Positions 1 through 8,087 of a stretch of 53,506 nt of DNA are shown in pieces (the first letter of the stretch is position 1; every line of letters begins with the position of its first letter). Under the pieces are notes generated by a model that did not search any database, was not told the origin of the DNA, and saw only the letters and a list, made by a program, of their open reading frames with translations. A program made the position numbers and the translations under genes. The DNA lies in the NCBI GenBank assembly GCA_024645005.1, contig JAHEGS010000013.1:1-53506 (forward strand), in the 5' to 3' direction. Origin of the DNA: Bacteroidota bacterium (GTDB lineage: Bacteria > Bacteroidota > Bacteroidia > NS11-12g > UBA9320).

Positions 1-70
1 GATTAATTTAGAAAAGGTTAATTGGAACTCTCTCAAAAGAAAAAAATCAATTTCTTTATTTAATAGTTTT

Positions 71-547
71 ATGCCCAAAATAGAGATATTAAAAAATAAG
101 CTTCTGACCTTAGAAAATAATAACTCTGAGGAGGACTTTATGTTCAATATATCTAAATCTGAGAACAATATTGATGATAACATTTGTATACAACTTGCCA
201 CTGAAAGTGTTAACGATAATAGCAAGGATATTTTTTGGCCATTACGAAAAATCAACAATGAAACATACATCGTTCTTGACATTGAAATGCTAGAAAGAAT
301 TGGAGTTACCTTTTTGAAAAAAAATGGTTTTGATAGGGTAGAATATGTATATTATAAAGATAGAGAAAAATATATTTACACATCCTGGACAAATATTGAG
401 AGTTTACCTATAGACAATGATTCTTATGATTACAGCTCAAAAGAAGCATATTGGTTAGTAAGAAAAGAAAATAATTTTTCAAAAACTGACATTGATGTTG
501 ATCCTAGAGATTGCCTCTTTTTATTTAAGCTTAATGAAGAAATTTAG
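71..547 (+). CDS. hypothetical protein (acidic, Asn/Asp/Glu-rich, no signal peptide)
   Basis: 158-aa ATG ORF from the track; no recognisable motif; stands alone upstream of a lipoprotein gene. Confidence 0.4.
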   Translation: MPKIEILKNKLLTLENNNSEEDFMFNISKSENNIDDNICIQLATESVNDNSKDIFWPLRKINNETYIVLDIEMLERIGVTFLKKNGFDRVEYVYYKDREKYIYTSWTNIESLPIDNDSYDYSSKEAYWLVRKENNFSKTDIDVDPRDCLFLFKLNEEI

Positions 548-626
548 ACTACTCTTTAGTCATAATCTCATAACATTGCTTACGCTATAATAAAATATTT
601 CCTTTGTAAACCCGTTCAAACATCAC

Positions 627-2051
627 ATGCAATCATTGCTCAAATACTCGCTTTTTATTTTTGGATTGTATGTTATGATTTCTTCATGTAATAAAGACGA
701 ATTCAATACCAATCCAAACAGTCAAATCACCGTTAATAGAGATACTTTATGGTTTGATACGGTATTCACTAAAGTAAATTCATCTACACCAAAATCAGTC
801 ATTAAGCAAATACTCGTATACAACCCCTACGATCAGCGAATTAAAACGTCAATTCAATTAGGTGGAGGAAACAATTCTCATTTTAGACTTAATGTAGATG
901 GTGAAGCTGGAAGTTCATTTTCGGACATTGAATTATTCCCCAATGATAGCATCTTCTTATTTGTTGAAGTTCATCCCGATCCGAACAATAATAGTCCCGA
1001 TTTTAACCCCTTGATTATCCGTGATTCCATTCTCTTCAACACCAACGGAAACGAATCTAAAACTATGCTCATTGGTTGGGGACAGGATGCTCACTATATT
1101 TTTAGAGACAGTATCGAAACAGATACCACTTGGTCTAACAACAAGCTCCCTATAGTCGTCTATGGATATTGTTATGTAAAACCCAATGTAAATCTTACCA
1201 TAGAAAAAGGAATGAATATCCATTTTGCTCCCAGAAGCTGGCTATTTATTGAAGGAAAATTGGATGTAAAAGGCGATGTTGACAATCCCGTATTAATGCA
1301 AGGGGATCGTTTACAGCCCTCATGGGAAGAGGAAAGTGGACAATGGGGTGGTATATGGATTAGTCACCCAAGTCATAGTAATACAATCGAACATGCCATC
1401 ATTAAGAATGGGACCGTTGGAGTCTATTGTGATTCTGTGCCTGGTGAGGAAAACAAAAAAAATGTTACCATAAACAAAACAATGATTCGAAACATGAGCT
1501 ATGATGGAATCAGTGGAAAAGGCAGTACCATTCATGTTCAGAATAGTGTAAGTACTAATTGCGGAAGATTTACATTTTTGGGTGCCAATGGTGGAGACTA
1601 CACCCTATTGCACAACACATTTTACACTGGTCGAAGGGATTTTTCAAGACAAGAACCCACGTTTGCCTATTTGAACAGAAGAAGGGATGAATTTGGTTCC
1701 ATTATAGAAACCTATGACATCCAATTTTATTTTGTCAATAATATCATAGATGGTGTTTTAGCTGATTCTGAAATTGGGGAAGATATCGATTATTCAAGAG
1801 TAATATCTCCCTCTGTTGTCGATTATAATTTAATCAAGACAGACAATGCTATATACTCAGGTAGTGGTTCTAGTAACATTATAAATGCTTCTGCTAAATT
1901 TAAAGATGCCTATAATTTTAACTTTGATCTAGACACGCTATCTGCAGCCAAAGACATGGCCGCACCAGTATCTCCTCCTGTTAATGACGATTTTTTAAAT
2001 AGAGCTAGGTTAGGTACCCCAGATATAGGTGCATATGAAAGTCAATACTAG
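627..2051 (+). CDS. putative lipoprotein with right-handed parallel beta-helix repeats
   Basis: N-terminal signal peptide with lipobox-like YVMISSC. Asn/Gly-rich repeats of beta-helix type. C-terminal ...GTPDIGAYE motif typical of beta-helix surface proteins. Confidence 0.6.
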   Translation: MQSLLKYSLFIFGLYVMISSCNKDEFNTNPNSQITVNRDTLWFDTVFTKVNSSTPKSVIKQILVYNPYDQRIKTSIQLGGGNNSHFRLNVDGEAGSSFSDIELFPNDSIFLFVEVHPDPNNNSPDFNPLIIRDSILFNTNGNESKTMLIGWGQDAHYIFRDSIETDTTWSNNKLPIVVYGYCYVKPNVNLTIEKGMNIHFAPRSWLFIEGKLDVKGDVDNPVLMQGDRLQPSWEEESGQWGGIWISHPSHSNTIEHAIIKNGTVGVYCDSVPGEENKKNVTINKTMIRNMSYDGISGKGSTIHVQNSVSTNCGRFTFLGANGGDYTLLHNTFYTGRRDFSRQEPTFAYLNRRRDEFGSIIETYDIQFYFVNNIIDGVLADSEIGEDIDYSRVISPSVVDYNLIKTDNAIYSGSGSSNIINASAKFKDAYNFNFDLDTLSAAKDMAAPVSPPVNDDFLNRARLGTPDIGAYESQY

Positions 2052-3184
2052 CGTAATCCAGAAACGTTAAATAGGTTATCGATTAGGCTTTCCCAAGTAA
2101 ATTTATTTCGTTCTGATGCTATATTTTTTGAAAATTCAGGTGCTCTTTTATGCTCATAAAAATCAAAAATGCAATCTGAAATTTCCTGGGTATCTTGCGA
2201 TGTAACATAGCCTACTTTTTGATGAGGAACCAATTCAGACAAACCTCCTACATCCGTAACAAGCATGGGTCTGTTATAATAGTATGCAATCTGTGTAACC
2301 CCACTTTGTGTGGCTGTTTTATAAGTTTGTGCCACCAAATCAGCAGCACTAAAATACAGACTAACGTCTGAGTCCTCTATATAATGATTTGCAAGAATAA
2401 CATGATTCCTTAATTCTAAATCATCAATTAATTGTTCGTAGGCTTGAGGACTATCATAGTATTCCCCTGCAATAATTAATTGTAAATTTTTCTCTTTTAA
2501 TCGTTGATCAGAAAACGCTTTTAGGAGAGTGTCTAGTCCTTTGTATTTTCTGATAAAACCGAAGAATAACACATAATTTTTTTCTACATCCAACCCCAAC
2601 TTCTTCTTTGCCTGAACTGGATCAACTTGCTCCCCAAAATTTTCATACATAGGGTGCGGATTAAAAATGGCTGGTTTAGCGATGTGAAATGATTGAAAAT
2701 CATTAAGAACAGACTTGCTCATGGTCAAAAATGCATCACATGATTTCAAGAAATACGAGGTTAACAATCGATCTCCAGCTCTTTTTTCATGAGGAATGAT
2801 ATTATCTGTTATGGCAACTATTTTGGTATGGTTGTTTCCTCGAATAATTCTACCTAAAGTTCCTAAAGATGGTCCCATAAACGGCATCCAAAATCTAAAA
2901 ATCACCAAGTCTGGTTTTTCGTTTTTTATCTTTCTTCCTAGAAGAATCCAGTTTATTGGGTTAATCGAATTAAGACATACCTCAATATCTAAATTGTCTG
3001 GAGGTAATGAGTTGGACAGCTGAGTCTTCCCTGGAAAAAGAAAGTTGGGATATTGAAGGCTAAATGTGATTATTTTAACCTGATGACCTTGGTTTTGAAG
3101 TTTTAAGGCAAGCAGTTCATTATAGGATGATAGTCCACCCCTTAGTGGATAAGCAGGACCAATTATGGTGATTTGCTTACTCAA
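2048..3184 (-). CDS. glycosyltransferase family 4 (GT-B fold)
   Basis: 378 aa. N-terminal ITIIGPAYPLRGG and C-terminal nucleotide-sugar binding region (TDVGGLSELV) typical of group 1/GT4 enzymes. 8-nt overlap with the upstream GT2 gene. Confidence 0.8.
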   Translation of the reverse strand: MSKQITIIGPAYPLRGGLSSYNELLALKLQNQGHQVKIITFSLQYPNFLFPGKTQLSNSLPPDNLDIEVCLNSINPINWILLGRKIKNEKPDLVIFRFWMPFMGPSLGTLGRIIRGNNHTKIVAITDNIIPHEKRAGDRLLTSYFLKSCDAFLTMSKSVLNDFQSFHIAKPAIFNPHPMYENFGEQVDPVQAKKKLGLDVEKNYVLFFGFIRKYKGLDTLLKAFSDQRLKEKNLQLIIAGEYYDSPQAYEQLIDDLELRNHVILANHYIEDSDVSLYFSAADLVAQTYKTATQSGVTQIAYYYNRPMLVTDVGGLSELVPHQKVGYVTSQDTQEISDCIFDFYEHKRAPEFSKNIASERNKFTWESLIDNLFNVSGLR

Positions 3185-4178
3185 AGCCTAATCGTTCTGA
3201 GATCTCATATTTATTACGGTTGGGAGCGTTTCTACTCAACATTTCAGCTAAAAATCCACCCATAAAAAGCTGAGTTCCAACTATCAACATGACCAAAGCA
3301 ATGTAAAATAAGGGATTGTCTGTAACCAATGATTGTCGTAATCCAGAACTTATGGCAATGAGCTTATCAATGAGTACATAAGCCGTAAGGAAAAACCCAA
3401 CCAAAAAGGCAAAAGCTCCCCAAAGACCAAAAAAATGCATGGGTCTCTTTCCAAACTTAGAAACAAACATAATACTCATTAAATCTAAAGGTCCTCTTAT
3501 GAATCTACTTAGACCAAACTTCGTTTCACCGTACTTTCTAGATTGATGAGTTACTACCTTTTCTCCGATACGTTTGTACCCTGCACGATGAGCCATTACA
3601 GGTATATAGCGATGCATCTCTCCGTACACTTCAATACTTTTTACCACCTCATTTCTGTATGCTTTCAAACCACAATTAAAATCGTGAAGATAAATCCCAC
3701 TCATTTTTCGTGTAGCCCAATTGTACAGTTTTGTGGGTATCGTTTTAGTAATGGGGTCAAACCTCTTTTTTTTCCAACCGCTAATCAGGTCATAATTATC
3801 GTCCCAAAGCATGGCATGCATAACAGGAAGTTCATCTGGACTATCTTGAAGATCTGCATCCATTGTAAATACACTATCTCCTTTGGCTAGGGCAAACCCT
3901 TCATTCAAAGCTGCCGATTTTCCGTAATTCCTTCTAAATCTTAATCCTCTAACTTCAGAATTATTCGCTTTTAAATCGTTAATAATATTCCAAGATTCAT
4001 CTGTTGACCCGTCATCAATAAAAATGATCTCATAAGATAGATTCTTTTCATCAAGCACACGCTTAATCCAGGCGTGTAACTCTGGCAAAGATTCTGCCTC
4101 ATTGAGTAAAGGTATTACGATTGATAAATTCAAATTAAACGAGTTCTTCTTCTGTCTTTTTATCTTTTTGAACTGCAC
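3177..4178 (-). CDS. GtrB/ArnC-like polyprenyl-phosphate glycosyltransferase (GT2 with two C-terminal TM helices)
   Basis: LSIVIPLLNE, IFIDDGSTD and MDADLQD GT-A motifs, followed by two hydrophobic helices near the C-terminus. An alternative TTG start at 4133 would remove the 44-nt overlap with the upstream gene. Confidence 0.8.
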   Translation of the reverse strand: MQFKKIKRQKKNSFNLNLSIVIPLLNEAESLPELHAWIKRVLDEKNLSYEIIFIDDGSTDESWNIINDLKANNSEVRGLRFRRNYGKSAALNEGFALAKGDSVFTMDADLQDSPDELPVMHAMLWDDNYDLISGWKKKRFDPITKTIPTKLYNWATRKMSGIYLHDFNCGLKAYRNEVVKSIEVYGEMHRYIPVMAHRAGYKRIGEKVVTHQSRKYGETKFGLSRFIRGPLDLMSIMFVSKFGKRPMHFFGLWGAFAFLVGFFLTAYVLIDKLIAISSGLRQSLVTDNPLFYIALVMLIVGTQLFMGGFLAEMLSRNAPNRNKYEISERLGFE

Positions 4179-4689
4179 CTATGATCAAGGCAAGTATGGC
4201 ATACCAAACTAATCCTTTCCCCGTATTCATCATAGCTCCTACTAACCCCTTTGGTTGATCAGCATATGCTTCATTTGCTTTTTCCATTGCCTCGTCAATA
4301 TCATCTTGAGAAGCTCCCATGTCAGTCATTAACGACTCAGTCGTATTCATAGTCTCCTCAAATATGGACTGCTCCCAAGTTGAGTCAATCAAAGTCATAA
4401 AAATGGCATTAAAGCCCAATACAATTAATGAGGATACTACTCCAGTAAAAAATGCTGCATTAAACGCATTCCCAAATGTGTACGGGGTAAAATTTACTTT
4501 AGTATTTTTCGCTCCTAAAATCATAAAAACAATTGGAAGAGCTAATAAATTAACAACTAGTGCCGTTATCCATCCAGTAGGTTTAGCGAAATAAAGCGGA
4601 TCAAAAGCATAGATTCCTAAAAAAATCACAATAGTGATAATTCCCATTCGTACACCTTGATCAATAGAGGGTTTATATAATTTTATCAT
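4135..4689 (-). CDS. DUF4199-like multi-pass membrane protein
   Basis: 184 aa with 4 hydrophobic helices around a central acidic soluble stretch; matches the Bacteroidetes DUF4199 architecture as I remember it. Confidence 0.5.
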   Translation of the reverse strand: MIKLYKPSIDQGVRMGIITIVIFLGIYAFDPLYFAKPTGWITALVVNLLALPIVFMILGAKNTKVNFTPYTFGNAFNAAFFTGVVSSLIVLGFNAIFMTLIDSTWEQSIFEETMNTTESLMTDMGASQDDIDEAMEKANEAYADQPKGLVGAMMNTGKGLVWYAILALIIGAVQKDKKTEEELV

Positions 4690-4696
4690 AATATTT

Positions 4697-5965
4697 TTAA
4701 TACAATTTTACGCAGTTATTGTTAAACACCCCTACTACCTTCCCATTTTGTTCCTTTTCCCACTCATGAGTGTTTGATGATTTTGAGGTATTATTTGAGG
4801 GGTTTAGATCCCACTTTTTAGAAGCATCAAAAACCGTTAAATTCGCCTGAGCTCCATCTTCTATCCGATTTATTGATTGGTTGAGTATTGAACTAGGACC
4901 TTGAGTAAGACATGACACAAAAATATCTAGTGGAATATCTTGAGATAGGTACTTTCTATACCAGCTAAATACAAATTGTTGACTTAACACACCCGTTTCA
5001 GCATAATCAAATTCTACCGCTTTAGCCTCTATATTTTGAGGACTATGATTGCTCGATATTGCATCAATTGTGCCATCTAAAACTCCTTGAACCAATGCCA
5101 TTCTATCGGACTCTGAACGGAGAGGGGGATACACTTTAAAATTTTCATCAAACTGAAGTAATTCTTCATCAGTGAAGCATAAATTAAAGATAGAGACATC
5201 ACATGTCACTTGCTGACCAGAATCTTTTGCTTTTCGAATAATTTCAACAGATTCAGCTGTAGAAATACAACTAAAATGTATGCTTGTATCGCAGTATTTG
5301 GCAACTTCAAGCTGTTCATTCAAACTGACATACTCGGCAATTGATGGTGACATTTTTAATCCAGTAGCAACCGTTACACTACTCTCATGCACAACACCTC
5401 CATGCTCCAATGATTTATCAGAAGGATGTGACAATATAATCCCATTAAAAGGCTTGGTATATAGCAATGCTTTTTTAAGAAGACCATTGGAAACCTCCTC
5501 ATCACCATTGGTAAATGCAACAGCTCCAGATTCATACATATCATACATCTCCGCTAAATCATTTTTATTATTGGGGTCTTCAATTACCCCAGTTGGCATA
5601 ACAGTAACCAAGTGATCTTTGGATGAATTAATCAAATAAGACACAGCAGATTTATCTGCTATTTTAGGGTTACTATTCGGAAGCGGAAGTATCGATGTGA
5701 ATCCCCCAAATGCTGCTGTATCAAGCAAATTAGCCATCGCATCTTTGTGCTCATTCCCAGGATCTGTTAATCCGACTCTCATATCTATCCATCCAGAACT
5801 CACATACAAATCATCTCCCGATATCACCTCCGCATCACTATCAGAAATAGCTTTGGCAATCTTTTCAATTATGCCGTTCTTAATTAGTATATCAACTTTT
5901 GAATGATGATTTGAGTTTTCTTTTTGAATTAAGGTTGCTTGACGTATAATGTAAGGCATGGACAC
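4697..5965 (-). CDS. dihydroorotase-like amidohydrolase, probably catalytically inactive
   Basis: Collinear by eye with type I PyrC (VSSGWIDMRVGL..., AFTNGD, ILSHPSD, HFSCIST, YPPLRS, AISSNHSP), but most metal ligands are substituted. The track start is GTG at 5965; an ATG lies at 5960. Confidence 0.8.
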   Translation of the reverse strand: MSMPYIIRQATLIQKENSNHHSKVDILIKNGIIEKIAKAISDSDAEVISGDDLYVSSGWIDMRVGLTDPGNEHKDAMANLLDTAAFGGFTSILPLPNSNPKIADKSAVSYLINSSKDHLVTVMPTGVIEDPNNKNDLAEMYDMYESGAVAFTNGDEEVSNGLLKKALLYTKPFNGIILSHPSDKSLEHGGVVHESSVTVATGLKMSPSIAEYVSLNEQLEVAKYCDTSIHFSCISTAESVEIIRKAKDSGQQVTCDVSIFNLCFTDEELLQFDENFKVYPPLRSESDRMALVQGVLDGTIDAISSNHSPQNIEAKAVEFDYAETGVLSQQFVFSWYRKYLSQDIPLDIFVSCLTQGPSSILNQSINRIEDGAQANLTVFDASKKWDLNPSNNTSKSSNTHEWEKEQNGKVVGVFNNNCVKLY

Positions 5966-5971
5966 TTTAAG

Positions 5972-7963
5972 CTATGATTTTATAAATCTTAACAAAAGTA
6001 TCTCTATCAGAAGAAATATCAAACATAGTAAAATAAAGACTTTCCACAACTGACTTCCGTTTTGCATGTCTTGGGTAGATTTTAAAACAGATGCTATGCT
6101 ATTTTCATTCATTGTAAATTGTGAATCTGAAAAAATCTTTTGTATACTTTTAACATCCAAATAGTTTTGATGAGACTCCTTTCGTGAATAATTTAAAGCT
6201 AGTTTAGCATGTGGCAAATCTTCAGAATCAGTAACAGAATAAATCCCAGATTTAGACAGCTCATCGTTTAACCAAATTCTACTCCCCGAAATGTGTTTGT
6301 AAGATTCTGTTACAATATCTATATCTCCTTTTTTCAAATGTATGATCCCAGTAATATCCGGCAAATAAATTGGATCTATAGAATTGATTTGTGATGCAAT
6401 TGTTTGTGTTTTTCTTTTACTAAAAGCAATCTTCAATTGAGTAATAACAAAAAGTTCACTTGCAGTGTAATTCTGATTTGAGTCAAGGGGTACAGTGGAC
6501 TGATATACTGAGCCTGAACCTAAATTAGTCCTTGTCAAAATCTCACTGCCATCTTTTAAAAACAAAATTTTATCAGACTGGGGACCTGAATTCAAACCAA
6601 AACATGACTGAATTTGAGGTAAAAACAAATTAGTTGGAATCTGTTTGTATGCACCCTTGTAAAAAGTACCAGCAATACTCGAGGGAGACACACTAACCTC
6701 TTTATCTTCTTGTGATTGATAATTAGAAATACCCAACTCACTAAATAAAGAAGAGAATTCATCTTTGTTCCTGCTTGGAACAACAGAGAGTATTCCACCA
6801 TCTAACACAAATTTCTTCAACTGTGTCACCAATCCTGAGCTCATTTGTGGCAATTGATTCAGAATAATACAATCGAAAGAATTTAGACTAGAATAATCCA
6901 ACTCATCCACGTCAGAATGAATAAAATTGAATACTGAATCTTTCCCAAATATTTTCAAAAACTCGTCAGATTGCCTCCCCAATTCAAGGACTTTGATTGA
7001 TGGGTTAATCAAGACTGAGAAGTAATATGTATTATCAAAAACAATAGGTACATCTGTGACACTTAGCTCCCCGCCTATCCACCCTGCATTGGTATTGATA
7101 AAACTCATTGGAATATCCTTGTAAGACTCAGCTGAGATATTGATGCTTTTCACCAATCGTTGAGCTCCATCTATCTGAAGAGACAACTTGGATGACATTG
7201 CATTATTTTGTCCATAATTACGAATTCGAACCATAATCTCAATGGGTTTTTGCGATTGAATCGTAGGCTTCATTAACCATACGGAATCGATAACGAGGTT
7301 ATTTTCTAAATTAGGTGATACAGGACAAGCATAAATGTGATAACTACTATCCAAACTAAAATCAACAACCCCTCTCTGTTGCTGAAAATCGCTAATTAAA
7401 AAAGAATAATTGTGACCATAAGAATCAGATTTATACTTGGATTCTATCTTTTTTACAACACCATTTAAATTATTAGGCCTATGATCAACATCCATTTCAT
7501 CAATCAGCCTTATTGCATTGGTTGCCGTATATGTTTTATTGCTTGAAAAACTCAAGCTATTGTCAATAATCTGAATTTCAGAATTTTTGGGTAGATTTCT
7601 GATGATTTGACGGGCTTTGTTCTTCGCATCCTCAAATAACTGACCATTTTCGCCTTCCGCAAGCATACTTTGAGAATTATCAATATAAATACTGACTAGT
7701 TTACGACTAAATAAACCACTTTGATTAGGAAAATAAGGCAAAGCAAAGGCTAATATTAGTGATGATAATGCCATCAATCTGGATAATAAGATTAGCCACT
7801 TTTTAAGTTGTTTGGTTTTACGACTTTGGGTCTCAATTTCTTTGAGCATACTTACGTTGCTAAAGACCACTTTTTTGTACCGCCTAAAATTAAAAAGGTG
7901 AATGATAAGAGGAATTATCAAAAGCAATAAAGCCCACAAAAATTGAGGAATTAAAAAATTCAT
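5972..7963 (-). CDS. BatA N-terminal domain-containing membrane protein
   Basis: N-terminus MNFLIPQFLWALLLLIIPLIIHLFNFRR matches the aerotolerance-regulator (BatA) N-terminal double-TM motif. Large extracytoplasmic region and a C-terminal TM helix. Confidence 0.6.
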   Translation of the reverse strand: MNFLIPQFLWALLLLIIPLIIHLFNFRRYKKVVFSNVSMLKEIETQSRKTKQLKKWLILLSRLMALSSLILAFALPYFPNQSGLFSRKLVSIYIDNSQSMLAEGENGQLFEDAKNKARQIIRNLPKNSEIQIIDNSLSFSSNKTYTATNAIRLIDEMDVDHRPNNLNGVVKKIESKYKSDSYGHNYSFLISDFQQQRGVVDFSLDSSYHIYACPVSPNLENNLVIDSVWLMKPTIQSQKPIEIMVRIRNYGQNNAMSSKLSLQIDGAQRLVKSINISAESYKDIPMSFINTNAGWIGGELSVTDVPIVFDNTYYFSVLINPSIKVLELGRQSDEFLKIFGKDSVFNFIHSDVDELDYSSLNSFDCIILNQLPQMSSGLVTQLKKFVLDGGILSVVPSRNKDEFSSLFSELGISNYQSQEDKEVSVSPSSIAGTFYKGAYKQIPTNLFLPQIQSCFGLNSGPQSDKILFLKDGSEILTRTNLGSGSVYQSTVPLDSNQNYTASELFVITQLKIAFSKRKTQTIASQINSIDPIYLPDITGIIHLKKGDIDIVTESYKHISGSRIWLNDELSKSGIYSVTDSEDLPHAKLALNYSRKESHQNYLDVKSIQKIFSDSQFTMNENSIASVLKSTQDMQNGSQLWKVFILLCLIFLLIEILLLRFIKS

Positions 7964-8069
7964 TTAATCTATGCGAATTTAGTAACCCTACTGAACAATT
8001 TCAGCACAAAAAATGACATGACCCAAAAATTACCAAATATTCATCTGCTCATTACCCATAATGAAATTG

Positions 8070-8077
8070 TATGTTTG
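8070..8077 (+). promoter_or_regulatory. -7 promoter box TATGTTTG (TAnnTTTG)
   Basis: Exact match to the Bacteroidetes sigma-A -7 consensus, 10 nt upstream of TTG 8088 of the GT2 fusion gene. Confidence 0.4.
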
Positions 8078-8087
8078 TTGTGCCAGT

